The notes under the pieces are model-generated. The model was given only the letters and a program-made list of their open reading frames with translations. It ran no database searches and was not told where the DNA came from. From a virus: a stretch of DNA of 64,000 nt. How positions within the stretch are numbered: position 1 is the first letter of the stretch; every line of letters starts with the position of its first letter. The stretch lies in the IMG/VR virus record IMGVR_UViG_3300010430_000020, positions 15,149 through 79,148 of that record. The stretch is one strand, 5' to 3'. Positions 1-8,906 of this stretch are shown one piece after another. The position numbers and the translations under genes were made by a program.

Positions 1-99
1 TACTACTGTTTTCGATTTAGTTCCGGTGACGCCGAGTAGTGTAAGAAATAATGCAACAAATATTGTTAGTATTGTTATTGTTAGTTGCTTTAGTGACAT
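1..99 (-). CDS. 5' part of a gene with an N-terminal signal/TM segment (runs off the window)
   Basis: ATG at 97-99 overlaps the upstream TAA (TAATG); reads MSLKQLTITILTIFVALFLTLLGVTGTKSKTVV... Confidence 0.55.
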   Translation of the reverse strand, partial: MSLKQLTITILTIFVALFLTLLGVTGTKSKTVV

Positions 100-1157
100 T
101 AGGGAATGAGTCCAATCTTAATTTTTTTTGTTTGATCTATATTAGAGTGTATCTCATTGAATGCATCAGTTAACGTGTATTTCTTATCTATATGAAACGG
201 CTCTTTACCAATATTCTCCCGGATAATATTGACCTCTGGTAGAGTCAGCTGCCGGAAATTCAGAACGCCATAGCAGCGACCGGGGCGGATCAGAGCAGGA
301 TCGATACGATCTACATTACTTAGGTTGGTGGTAAAGATCATCTTCTTGCCCTGGTGGGAGATCAGGCCATCGCTGATGTTCAGGAACTTGGCCATTTGCC
401 TGTTATTATCCTCAGAACGCGAGGAGATCAGGACATCGGCATCTTCCATAACCAATAGGTCAGCGGATTTGTCCGTCATGAACTTGACAAAGAAATCATC
501 CAGCTGAATGACTGCCTCATCAAATGTCATAAAAGTTTTGAGCTTATTGCGGAAGGCAAAGTCACGGACCAGGGAGGTCTTGCCGGTGCCGGGTGTTCCA
601 ATCATGACCAGGATAGAAGCATCAGATTTGAGAAAACCCTTCATGTATTTGGTGACGCCACCATTCACGAATGGGTAATAGATATCCTTCACCCGGTTTG
701 GATTCTTATCGAACCTGATTGTCTTGGCAGATAGCCCGCCACTGCCATCACGGAAGAACCAATCAATGGTGCTCTCACGCTTTTTGAATTTCCATTCTTT
801 GTGCTTCAGGAAATCGAATATCTCCTGAAAGCGAGCTTTGTCTCCGGTGATCTCGACCTGATAGACGCTGGTGTTCTCCTCATCCCCATAGCCGCAATTG
901 AAAAAGATGTCCTCACTGACACCAAATACTGTGCGGGAGAATGCAAAGAACTTAATCTGTTTCTCTTCACAGTATTGTTTAATCAGGGCGGTAATAGACT
1001 GTACCGTAGAATTATCCTTCTGGAAATTCATATAGGCAAAGTCGGCATTACGTCCGGTCTTGTAATAGTTTTGGAGAAATTCGTAGAAGGCGACATACTT
1101 GATACCAGATGGCCCATCAGTTACATCAAAAACAGCGGGCGTCTCAAGCTTAAACAT
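99..1157 (-). CDS. AAA+ family ATPase
   Basis: Walker A GTPGTGKT, Walker B LLVMEDAD, sensor/SRH motif FTTN...IDPALIRPGR. Confidence 0.85.
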   Translation of the reverse strand: MFKLETPAVFDVTDGPSGIKYVAFYEFLQNYYKTGRNADFAYMNFQKDNSTVQSITALIKQYCEEKQIKFFAFSRTVFGVSEDIFFNCGYGDEENTSVYQVEITGDKARFQEIFDFLKHKEWKFKKRESTIDWFFRDGSGGLSAKTIRFDKNPNRVKDIYYPFVNGGVTKYMKGFLKSDASILVMIGTPGTGKTSLVRDFAFRNKLKTFMTFDEAVIQLDDFFVKFMTDKSADLLVMEDADVLISSRSEDNNRQMAKFLNISDGLISHQGKKMIFTTNLSNVDRIDPALIRPGRCYGVLNFRQLTLPEVNIIRENIGKEPFHIDKKYTLTDAFNEIHSNIDQTKKIKIGLIP

Positions 1158-1401
1158 TTTGTAAAGTTTCCCTTGCTAATTTTCTGAGACGCTTTGCCCT
1201 GCGCCCATGAAGTTTTCTTGTGTGAATGCACGGATAATTACGCTCATCAGCTTCCATTATAGAACGTGAATAGCCGGGCCACATCATTGCATACTGAAGA
1301 TCGATATTTGACCAATGGTGATACCTCAGATTCTTTAATCTGTAAAAATGCTCATCTCTGTAAGTGATACTGAGATCAAACATTATAGACAAATTCACCA
1401 A
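1150..1401 (-). CDS. hypothetical protein
   Basis: ORF fills the gap between the glycosyltransferase and the ATPase, with short overlaps. Confidence 0.5.
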   Translation of the reverse strand: MVNLSIMFDLSITYRDEHFYRLKNLRYHHWSNIDLQYAMMWPGYSRSIMEADERNYPCIHTRKLHGRRAKRLRKLARETLQNV

Positions 1402-2377
1402 CCTCGAATTCTTCAGTTTCTATGATGGGACGGACATCCAGGCTCTTCAGGGATTCGAGCACCTGTGCCCAGTGGACCTTGCGCAGCTCCCAGTTATAGA
1501 ATAGGTCAGCATAGCTCTTCTGGGACAGCAGGCGGCTCTCAATAGACTGTGAGCCCTTTGTCAACTCAACTATACCCTGGTGCAAACATGATGCAAACAC
1601 CTCCACATGAGCGCGCTTATCCTCATTGAAAGGATACATATAGGTCCAATTTGCAGAGGTCTCAGGCAGCGCAGCCAAATCGCTATGGACACACAGGCAT
1701 TTACCCGACATGGCCTCCATGAGGCTTATACAGGACGTTTCAGGCCATGTAGAAGGGTAGGCAAAGATATGGGCCTGTTCGACCGCCTTACGCACATCCT
1801 TGTTACTAACCGTACCGTGATAATTCATATTCGGATGATCAGCAATCGCCTTGTACAGATCGGAAAACTCGTTGTCTCTCTGATCCCACCCATAAATCTT
1901 AAAGGATGAGTACACATTAAACTCGATGTCGGGGTGATCTTTGGTGAGGCGGTCGATGGCATAGTAGGCTACATCCAGACCCCGGTGGGGTGTGGTGTGA
2001 TAAATCAGTCGTATCTTCTGAAAGTTTTTTTCGATCTTGTCTGGGAGAGGATCGATTGCATTCTGCAGGACCATGCATTTTTCATAGGGTATATTGTAGG
2101 CAGTTATGTACTGATCTTTCTGCCAGTGAGACACAAAGATGATCTTCTCGAAGCGGCTCCAACCATTGTTTTCAAATGCGGTCTTGGATTCTGGGTCTTG
2201 GGGAAGGTCATGGCACCAGAATATTCTGTGTCGATCTGGGTCTAACTCGCGAGGGCGCGAGGGAATAATCTGTACGTGCTCTAATTCCTCGGTGGTAAAC
2301 TCTTTATCCAGGCGGCGGGCCATGTTCTCAGTACCGCCATTGGCATTTTCATTCACTTCATTCCATGAGATAGGCAT
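1376..2377 (-). CDS. glycosyltransferase, GT-B fold (GT4 / group 1-like)
   Basis: IFVSHWQ, TPHRGL and YPSTWPETSCISLMEAMS (E-x7-E) motifs. Confidence 0.85.
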   Translation of the reverse strand: MPISWNEVNENANGGTENMARRLDKEFTTEELEHVQIIPSRPRELDPDRHRIFWCHDLPQDPESKTAFENNGWSRFEKIIFVSHWQKDQYITAYNIPYEKCMVLQNAIDPLPDKIEKNFQKIRLIYHTTPHRGLDVAYYAIDRLTKDHPDIEFNVYSSFKIYGWDQRDNEFSDLYKAIADHPNMNYHGTVSNKDVRKAVEQAHIFAYPSTWPETSCISLMEAMSGKCLCVHSDLAALPETSANWTYMYPFNEDKRAHVEVFASCLHQGIVELTKGSQSIESRLLSQKSYADLFYNWELRKVHWAQVLESLKSLDVRPIIETEEFEVGEFVYNV

Positions 2378-2395
2378 AGTGTATCATCCTCTACT

Positions 2396-2899
2396 TTATT
2401 CTCCAGTAACAGTAATGGATTTAATGGATGTCACACTAAACCCCCGCCACGAATCTGTATCCAAATTATAGACTGTGAAAAACGATGTATTAGTGAAGGA
2501 GGTGCCTTCACCATACTCCTCTGGTAACCTATCTTCTCTTAAAGTGCAACGCCTTAGCTGAACAGTCTCCCCATTGAGCCGCTGGAAGACGACACTGCAA
2601 ACATTGTTTTTGAGGAGAGAAAATATTTGATCGGGGTTCCAGGAATCAGAGACCAGTGCTTGATGGTCTCTAATCAAATTCTCATGGTCTCCCAAGTACT
2701 CACGATCCTTGAATACTATGGGCAACCTTACTTTTCCGTCGCGAATTTCTTCGGGAAGAAAACTCTTTAGGTGGGTAATATCTTCAGCCGTGTGGAGTAC
2801 TACTTCTTTATATTCCACACTATGTTCTTTCATATACCGCTTGGCGGTTGTGCAGAAGGGGCAATTGTTGTTGCGCGTATAGATCGTATAGGTCATCAT
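2396..2899 (-). CDS. glutaredoxin fused to a C-terminal SH3/WYL-like (DUF2693-type) domain
   Basis: N-terminal CPFC and cis-Pro motif RLPIVF; C-terminal LKNNVCSVVFQRLNGE...CTL...VYNLDTDSWRGF. Confidence 0.7.
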   Translation of the reverse strand: MMTYTIYTRNNNCPFCTTAKRYMKEHSVEYKEVVLHTAEDITHLKSFLPEEIRDGKVRLPIVFKDREYLGDHENLIRDHQALVSDSWNPDQIFSLLKNNVCSVVFQRLNGETVQLRRCTLREDRLPEEYGEGTSFTNTSFFTVYNLDTDSWRGFSVTSIKSITVTGE

Positions 2900-3057
2900 A
2901 GGTACTTCCTCAAGAAATATGGTAAGTCCTTGCGCAGTTCCCTTCGGTTGACTGTGTATTCATATAGATTGTAGAGAATTAAGACAGCGATTCCTAACCA
3001 CACAATGCTGCTTATAAACATTATGATGGTCCACATAAATGTGAGATAGACCATAGA

Positions 3058-3267
3058 TCATCCTAATAGGAGATTTCTCTTAGATTCAATCTCTTCCTTG
3101 ATATACAGGTCAACTAGCCGGTTTGTGCGTGTTTCATCCAAATTAGGGAATCGCTTCTGCAATTCCTCATGGCAATTAGAGGGGTAGGCAATGCCTGCTC
3201 GCTCCAATTCTTTGATGTACATAAAATAATCAGCTTTAGTTTCTATTTCCATTATAGCACCCCGCAA
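3058..3267 (-). CDS. hypothetical protein
   Basis: ORF in the gene-dense minus-strand run. Confidence 0.55.
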   Translation of the reverse strand: MRGAIMEIETKADYFMYIKELERAGIAYPSNCHEELQKRFPNLDETRTNRLVDLYIKEEIESKRNLLLG

Positions 3268-3280
3268 AGTGATCCTAGTT

Positions 3281-3316
3281 AAAAAGAGAAGCGCGACTGG
3301 TGCCGTGCTCCTCTTA
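3281..3316 (-). terminator. probable rho-independent terminator
   Basis: minus strand AAGAGGAGCACG-gcaccagt-CGCGCTTCTCTT followed by a T run. Confidence 0.55.
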
Positions 3317-3332
3317 CTTATTGTACTCTATT

Positions 3333-3554
3333 TTAGACCTTTGGTTTGGAACCAGTGTCCTTCCAGCTCTCAAACTCTTCATCATCATGTGTCTCTTCAT
3401 ATTTCGATAGTTTCACCCGTGAGTCGAATCCGTTTGCGTGCAGTACATCAAGGATAAAATTCTTCAAAACGGCGTGCTGATTAGCATAGTCTAGTGTTTG
3501 GAAGAATTCATCTTCATTCTCGACGACTTCTAAATGTAGTAGCCATTTTTTCAT
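3333..3554 (-). CDS. hypothetical protein
   Basis: ORF with AGGAG RBS. Confidence 0.6.
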   Translation of the reverse strand: MKKWLLHLEVVENEDEFFQTLDYANQHAVLKNFILDVLHANGFDSRVKLSKYEETHDDEEFESWKDTGSKPKV

Positions 3555-3577
3555 CTCTGAAGCTCCTGTTTAATATC

Positions 3578-4060
3578 TTACCACCACAGCGATCTGTAGT
3601 AACGTGCAAATAGTTTTAGTCCCTCATCAATTTTTTCATAGTAATCATTCAACCCATTATTATCAATATCATACCGACTTTCCAAATCCATCACATCAGC
3701 ATCAGTATCTTTGATCTTGAAGAAAGATTCCTCGCCAGCATAATCACCTTTGACCTCGCCAAAGGACCAAATCATTTGATCTATGATTCCTTCCCATTTC
3801 AGGAGGGCTTCATTGTACATTTTCTCGTGTAGTGCCTGTGCCTCTTCTTCTGTCATAGCCGATACATCCACAGGATCAAGAAAATCAGAAGGCACTGCTC
3901 CCTTCTCTTTTACGTCTTCTTTAAATGCTACCAACACTGGATGAATAACCAGAGCTAGCGTATTATCGGCACTGTATGTATCCCAAGGATGCACAGCAAC
4001 CTTTTCTATCCTGGGCTTCTTGGCCCGCTCTGATTTATAATTTCCGATGCGTACTTTCAT
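3578..4060 (-). CDS. conserved phage hypothetical protein
   Basis: MKVRIG...WDTYSADNTLALVIHP...GLKLFARYYRSLWW pattern recalled from T4-like phages; AGGAG RBS. Confidence 0.7.
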   Translation of the reverse strand: MKVRIGNYKSERAKKPRIEKVAVHPWDTYSADNTLALVIHPVLVAFKEDVKEKGAVPSDFLDPVDVSAMTEEEAQALHEKMYNEALLKWEGIIDQMIWSFGEVKGDYAGEESFFKIKDTDADVMDLESRYDIDNNGLNDYYEKIDEGLKLFARYYRSLWW

Positions 4061-4072
4061 TCGGTTTTCTCC

Positions 4073-4357
4073 TTAGTCGCCGCTGCGTTTGAAAAGATCG
4101 TCTGCCCAGTTGCTATAGATCATCGTTTTACCTTCTTTGGTACGACAAGCCCAGCGCCCATCATGGGTCTTATAAACACGCATGGCACCTTTGGCAGTGC
4201 ATCCATAATAAAAGTTCCAGGGAGGCGTATCGCCATTTCCGACAATGTAGGGATAATCAGGTTTGAAGAATGCGGCCAGGAAAAATAGAAAGGCCGCAAT
4301 TCCAAATCCCCATAAGAATATCTTTTTGTTAGTCATCTTGTGTCCAGACTCTGCCAT
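4073..4357 (-). CDS. small membrane-anchored protein (paralogue of 4329-4580)
   Basis: N-terminal TM helix; C-x2-K-x-A-x-R-x-Y...RWAC motif. Confidence 0.6.
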   Translation of the reverse strand: MAESGHKMTNKKIFLWGFGIAAFLFFLAAFFKPDYPYIVGNGDTPPWNFYYGCTAKGAMRVYKTHDGRWACRTKEGKTMIYSNWADDLFKRSGD

Positions 4358-4580
4358 CTTCGAGCTTGCAGGCCCAGCGCCGATTGTGGTCGCGATAGAT
4401 GCGGAATGCCTTGGCTAGCTCGCATTTTTCTTTGAAGTATTTGGTAGGGTATTCGCTGCGTTGTTCCCAAGGCATTCTCCAGTCACGCTGCTCATTATCA
4501 AAACTTCTGAATGCCATTAACAACAAGAACAAACCAACAATCCCAACCAAGCCGTAGGTTAGTAATTTTTTATAGTCCAT
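4329..4580 (-). CDS. small membrane-anchored protein (paralogue of 4073-4357)
   Basis: N-terminal TM helix; KCELAKAFRIYRDHNRRWAC. Confidence 0.6.
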   Translation of the reverse strand: MDYKKLLTYGLVGIVGLFLLLMAFRSFDNEQRDWRMPWEQRSEYPTKYFKEKCELAKAFRIYRDHNRRWACKLEDGRVWTQDD

Positions 4581-4791
4581 CGGTATTGCTGCTTTCTGTG
4601 TTCGACTTAATCACTATGGTTGTGCCATCATCTGTTGTTCTGCGAAGTTCTCGGCGCTCATCGGTGGTCATACCAATGCCAGTCTTCTCAGCCAGCCAGT
4701 CATTGATCCATCGCAGGTTCTTGAACGCCCAGACACTTCCGAAAAAGAAAACGGCCAGAGTAGATACGATTTTGAAAAAATCTGCTTCCAT
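4570..4791 (-). CDS. small membrane protein
   Basis: N-terminal hydrophobic helix; GGAGG RBS. Confidence 0.55.
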   Translation of the reverse strand: MEADFFKIVSTLAVFFFGSVWAFKNLRWINDWLAEKTGIGMTTDERRELRRTTDDGTTIVIKSNTESSNTDGL

Positions 4792-4800
4792 GGGTCCCTC

Positions 4801-4938
4801 CTATAGGCCGATAAATTTGTCTAGGAGCACATCAGAATACTTCCACCAAACGGCGGCGAGTCCCAAACCAATACCGATTGCAGCCGCCAAGCGCATTGTA
4901 AGGCGCACGGGCTTAGGTTTTCTGGTAGATTCGGTCAT
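4801..4938 (-). CDS. small membrane protein, 45 aa (not in ORF track)
   Basis: MTESTRKPKPVRLTMRLAAAIGIGLGLAAVWWKYSDVLLDKFIGL; GAGGAG RBS; late promoter upstream. Confidence 0.55.
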   Translation of the reverse strand: MTESTRKPKPVRLTMRLAAAIGIGLGLAAVWWKYSDVLLDKFIGL

Positions 4939-4970
4939 GCTATTCTCCTCGATAAAATATGGTTCACACC

Positions 4971-4978
4971 TATTTATG
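4971..4978 (-). promoter_or_regulatory. gp55-dependent late promoter (CATAAATA)
   Basis: intergenic variant of the T4 late consensus TATAAATA. Confidence 0.55.
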
Positions 4979-4982
4979 GAAA

Positions 4983-5198
4983 TCAGTGCTTTGTGAACTC
5001 ATTATCGGGGATTACATAGTGTACACTATAGACGTATTTTCTATTATAGTCTGTTATTCGCCCTTTGAGTTCTTCCAGCCGATCATAAACATCATCATCG
5101 ACCCCCGAACCCATCTCATATAACTCATTGACCTCATCTCTTAGGTCTAGGTACTCCTCCAACAAGGCTTGGTATTCCAGAGCTTTTTGATTGCTCAT
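4983..5198 (-). CDS. hypothetical protein
   Basis: ORF in the minus-strand run. Confidence 0.55.
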   Translation of the reverse strand: MSNQKALEYQALLEEYLDLRDEVNELYEMGSGVDDDVYDRLEELKGRITDYNRKYVYSVHYVIPDNEFTKH

Positions 5199-5495
5199 TT
5201 CTTATTTCTTTTTCTCCTCCATCGTGCCAACCGCTTTTTGCTTCCAACTTTCCTGCGCCCGGATCGGGGTCTATTTTTATGGGGGTGTGGCGATGTACTA
5301 TCCTCCAATTACAAAGCTGCCATGCAACTTTTTTGCTTCACTCAAATATGCAGGGGCATTATTCAACATCACTCCCTTGCTCTAGATATACTTTATCCAT
5401 TTTTTTCTCCAGGTCTTCGATGCGGTTCTCAAGCACGAAACCCAATACAAATATTACCAACAGCGTTCCGAAAAACGCTGCCCAACCTGTTCTAG

Positions 5496-5906
5496 TCATA
5501 GCATTTCATACCCTTCATTATCTAGCGTGTAGAACACATTCTCGATTCCGAATGTGCAAATGGCCCGCTGACACCCCTCACAGGGCCGGGCTAGTCCTGA
5601 TATCTTCCTGGCTCGTCCTCCATCCTCCCACTTCATCCTGGCGACATACAGCTCTGCCTTGCGCAGTAAAACTATGTCTGTGTATTTAAGGGCGTTTTTA
5701 ATGGCATCGATCTCAGCATGAAGGTATATACAGTCTCTGTGTTTGCCGAATCGTGCCTGGAATGGGTGGGTTTTATAGCTATTGTGCCCGAGAGCTATCA
5801 GACTGTGACGTAGATATATCGCCGCCGCAATTTGCGTTCTGTATACCGGCGGTGAGTGACTTGCTACGTCACATAGGTCTGACAATCTCTGGTCTATCAA
5901 GTCCAT
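5496..5906 (-). CDS. cytidine/deoxycytidylate deaminase family protein
   Basis: zinc-binding motifs HAE and PCEGC. Confidence 0.8.
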   Translation of the reverse strand: MDLIDQRLSDLCDVASHSPPVYRTQIAAAIYLRHSLIALGHNSYKTHPFQARFGKHRDCIYLHAEIDAIKNALKYTDIVLLRKAELYVARMKWEDGGRARKISGLARPCEGCQRAICTFGIENVFYTLDNEGYEML

Positions 5907-6011
5907 GAACTTTGTTTTTTGCCTCTGTGGCCCGCTCGATAATTGATGCCATTAGCACCGCATATGCAAACAGACCAAAAACTAAGCCGATCATGAATAT
6001 AGCTTCTTTCA

Positions 6012-6212
6012 TCACAAGGAAATCCCAAAATGCAGCATGGCTGCTAGCAGTCCACCTATAGCCAACAAGATAAAAGTGAGCGTTATCGTAACCCCGATAT
6101 CTTCCTTATCTCGTATGTATCTATTATATTTCTTATAGGCTTCAAACTCCTTGTGGAGTTTTGATACTTGCTGTTCTAGCTCATGTTCCCGTTGTGTCTT
6201 CTTTGTGTCCAT
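6012..6212 (-). CDS. small coiled-coil protein with C-terminal TM helix
   Basis: hydrophobic C-terminus; GGGGAG RBS. Confidence 0.55.
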   Translation of the reverse strand: MDTKKTQREHELEQQVSKLHKEFEAYKKYNRYIRDKEDIGVTITLTFILLAIGGLLAAMLHFGISL

Positions 6213-6600
6213 TTTTAAATAACTCCCCTAAATCTGGGGGCCGGTAATTGGCCGACTTTTGGACTTTACCATAACTATTGTAGATGGGTTTACCATCATC
6301 ATCAAGTTTGCTCATATTACTCTCATGAATTAATTCAAATGCGCGATCTAAATCGACGCCCATAGTAACCCCAGTGCCGTACACAACATACAGCAGATCA
6401 GTTAATTCTTTCGCGATCTGATCAGGATCGCCGCGTTCCATAGCTTCCATAACTTCGTGATACTCTTCATGAATAAGCCGCAGACGAAGAGGAAAATCAC
6501 CGCTATAAGGATTACTAGCATCAAAACTATCTCGATGGCTAAGTCCAAAAGCTTCATGAAACTCCCGTACCTTCTCGTAGTTACTTTTTCTTTTTTCCAT
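6181..6600 (-). CDS. MazG-like all-alpha NTP pyrophosphohydrolase (PRA-PH / DR2231 type)
   Basis: VREFHEAFG, LIHEEYHE, KELTDLLYVVYG, HESNMSKL...GKVQK; start placed at MEKRK. Confidence 0.8.
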   Translation of the reverse strand: MEKRKSNYEKVREFHEAFGLSHRDSFDASNPYSGDFPLRLRLIHEEYHEVMEAMERGDPDQIAKELTDLLYVVYGTGVTMGVDLDRAFELIHESNMSKLDDDGKPIYNSYGKVQKSANYRPPDLGELFKNGHKEDTTGT

Positions 6601-6811
6601 TCTGTCGCGCTTCCCAATGTTCGCATCTGAAGAACTCATTTACTACTTTTGGATACCAATGTCCCTTGACCTGTTCTTGATTATGGCACAGGCCAGTTTC
6701 TTGTAGTTCTGAGAAGAATGAGTATTTGCAATTTAAGCAATACTCTTCATCTTTTGCATCTGTTTTGGATGTCTCAATAAGATCATCCACAATGTCTTTT
6801 GTTGCCATCAA
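6581..6811 (-). CDS. small Cys-rich hypothetical protein
   Basis: CLNC...C...C pattern. Confidence 0.5.
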   Translation of the reverse strand: MMATKDIVDDLIETSKTDAKDEEYCLNCKYSFFSELQETGLCHNQEQVKGHWYPKVVNEFFRCEHWEARQNGKKKK

Positions 6812-7149
6812 ACCTGATGTGTTACTTCGTGTCCATTATTTAGACACCGAACGCTCTGAGTAACAGAAACAGGATTATCAAGCACACAAAAAGCAATACA
6901 TGATTGTGGAAGTCTCGCGGGCCTTCTGGGCGTTTGAACTGATCCCAGAAGTTTTTCTGATTACGTAACATTCTTTACCCTCTTATATCAGGCGGGCCGC
7001 ATATATACACATACCCCAGAATATCACTGCAAAGTACAATACCACCAGGGTTATGCCTATTTTAGTCAGTAGCCATAGCAAATTGCCTAATTTTTGCCAG
7101 CCGGTCCAATCACTCGCCATCTCACTCCTCCATAATATACGGACCCATT

Positions 7150-7178
7150 TGTCTACCCTAAAATTTTGGCCTTGTCAA
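7150..7178 (-). promoter_or_regulatory. host sigma70-type early promoter
   Basis: TTGACA-N17-TAGACA in the divergent intergenic region. Confidence 0.5.
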
Positions 7179-7201
7179 TACCACTCACCGGCCTCCTAAC
7201 A

Positions 7202-7208
7202 CTAAATA
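7202..7208 (+). promoter_or_regulatory. late promoter (CTAAATA) for the lipoprotein gene
   Basis: late-type motif about 35 nt upstream of the AGGAG RBS and ATG at 7242. Confidence 0.5.
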
Positions 7209-7241
7209 TAGTATATATTTCATATAGTTAGGAGAGAATTC

Positions 7242-7919
7242 ATGAAAAAACTTCTACTAGTTCTAGCTGCCACCGCTACACTAGTGGGTTGTAGTGATTG
7301 GACCGAACGCGGCTACTGGGACTGGAATCGAGAACGCGACAAAACACGCTGGGAACTCGAAAAAGATTCGTACCTACGCAACAAATCCGACAAACCCACT
7401 GTTGCGCTGCGGGATATTGCCAGTGTTTACGAGGACTTCAATCTCGTCATGCCAAATGGTAACCGTATTCGGGTGTGTTCTGCCTATGGGTGTACACACA
7501 AACAGGTATACAGAATATCCGCTGATACGCTCAGGAAGGCCAAAAGCTACTTCTCCGGTAGTTGGACAGCCAGCGGCGAGAGAAGCGGCCTGGAGAAGGC
7601 TCTACAGCACATTGAGACGGTCATGGGACCAGCTACTAACACTGCCGAAGACGCTCAGGGCGGTCCTCTCTTTGGTAATGGGAATTCTGGTCAGATGAAT
7701 CATAGAGATGAGGCACTGAACACCACATCCATCCTGATGGTTATGTTCCGGTACGGACTAATCCGTTACCACGACCTCGAAGCTCCAATGTGGGTTGGCG
7801 GGACATTCTATCCGATCCTGCGTGATCGTAGCAATGGTAAGAGATATGGAATTGATACTGGCTATCGCTCCAGCGGTGGCGAGGTCAAGATTTTTGCCGT
7901 GGAAGATGGCGCGCCGTAA
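7242..7919 (+). CDS. lipoprotein resembling a proteobacterial uncharacterised family
   Basis: signal II MKKLLLVLAATATLVG|C; VCSAYGC and GQMNxxDEAxNTT motifs. Confidence 0.75.
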   Translation: MKKLLLVLAATATLVGCSDWTERGYWDWNRERDKTRWELEKDSYLRNKSDKPTVALRDIASVYEDFNLVMPNGNRIRVCSAYGCTHKQVYRISADTLRKAKSYFSGSWTASGERSGLEKALQHIETVMGPATNTAEDAQGGPLFGNGNSGQMNHRDEALNTTSILMVMFRYGLIRYHDLEAPMWVGGTFYPILRDRSNGKRYGIDTGYRSSGGEVKIFAVEDGAP

Positions 7920-8298
7920 CTTTCACAGCAATCCAGGAATTATACCACTCTTCACTTAACAACACATCGTTTTCAAATTGGAACTTCGCCTCATAATAAG
8001 ATGCCTCCCCAAGGGTCTTACAGAGGCGGAGTATTTCCCGTTTGAAATTACCTGCGCCTTGGCGCTCCACATCTTCACAAAGGAGGTTGTTTGAACCATA
8101 ATAGGTTTCCCAGTCCGATGGACTTTGGACTTTTCTTTTTCGGGATTTACCTTTTAATGGTGGCTTGGTTCTTAATTTTGTAAAGCGTTTTTTACCAATA
8201 TATTTGCGTCCATCATCTAGATTCGTGATCAGGTACACAAATGCCTTGTGGTCACCGATGTCGCTCGCCTGAAATTCCTTGCCTTGATATAGCCACAT
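7885..8298 (-). CDS. GIY-YIG nuclease family protein
   Basis: FVYLITN...KYIGKK, YYGS, FKREIL, terminal YN motifs. Confidence 0.75.
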   Translation of the reverse strand: MWLYQGKEFQASDIGDHKAFVYLITNLDDGRKYIGKKRFTKLRTKPPLKGKSRKRKVQSPSDWETYYGSNNLLCEDVERQGAGNFKREILRLCKTLGEASYYEAKFQFENDVLLSEEWYNSWIAVKVTARHLPRQKS

Positions 8299-8302
8299 AG
8301 TA

Positions 8303-8338
8303 AAATACCCCTAGAATGAACGCCTAGAGGTATTTATA
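8303..8338 (-). promoter_or_regulatory. late promoter TATAAATA overlapping an RBS-sequestering hairpin
   Basis: TATAAATA at 8331-8338; 12-bp stem 8335-8324 / 8314-8303 covers the AGGGGT RBS. Confidence 0.7.
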
Positions 8339-8404
8339 CGTATTACTACTATTTTGCTGACTTGGTTAAAAATAGTAGTAACGCGATTGGAGCGGGGTTT
8401 ACTG

Positions 8405-8692
8405 TCAACAGGCTATCTCCATAGTTGTATGAACCATATTCACCGGATCATCCATCGGAAAATGGATATTGTGGGTCTCCTTATCCGTCCTGATATAAAT
8501 CCTCACCATCCTATTCGTCATATCATAGTAGTGCAAGGTCTTGATCACCTCTGCATCATTATTACTCAGGTTCTTCAGATATCTCATTATGAAGGTTTCG
8601 AAGCGGCGGGCATCAAATCCACCATCAAGCTGCTTCTCGAAATCCTTCTTGATCTTCTGGATATTCATTTTGGTGTGTCTCCATATATTCAA
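8405..8692 (-). CDS. hypothetical protein
   Basis: ORF; true start is probably the internal MNIQK. Confidence 0.55.
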   Translation of the reverse strand: MNIWRHTKMNIQKIKKDFEKQLDGGFDARRFETFIMRYLKNLSNNDAEVIKTLHYYDMTNRMVRIYIRTDKETHNIHFPMDDPVNMVHTTMEIAC

Positions 8693-8906
8693 GTAGTTGT
8701 TTGCTAAACATCCAGTTTACGGTAATACCTAATGGCCACCCATAGGCCGCAAACAATAGTAACATATATGCCAGCAGACGTGATGACATACTAAAGCTCA
8801 TTAGGATGCGCAAAGTTTTGTTCTGTAGATGTTCAAATATATTGAGCAGTCTAATGAATATAACTGTAGAAACTATGATGTAAAGCGTCACTAAAACTGA
8901 GATCAT
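8625..8906 (-). CDS. membrane protein
   Basis: two hydrophobic segments; ATGA overlap with the upstream gene. Confidence 0.5.
   Translation of the reverse strand: MISVLVTLYIIVSTVIFIRLLNIFEHLQNKTLRILMSFSMSSRLLAYMLLLFAAYGWPLGITVNWMFSKQLLEYMETHQNEYPEDQEGFREAA

Noticed and set aside
59-86. Short TATTGTTAG-like tandem repeat
   Set aside because: It is coding sequence for a Thr/Ile-rich signal segment (LTITILTI).
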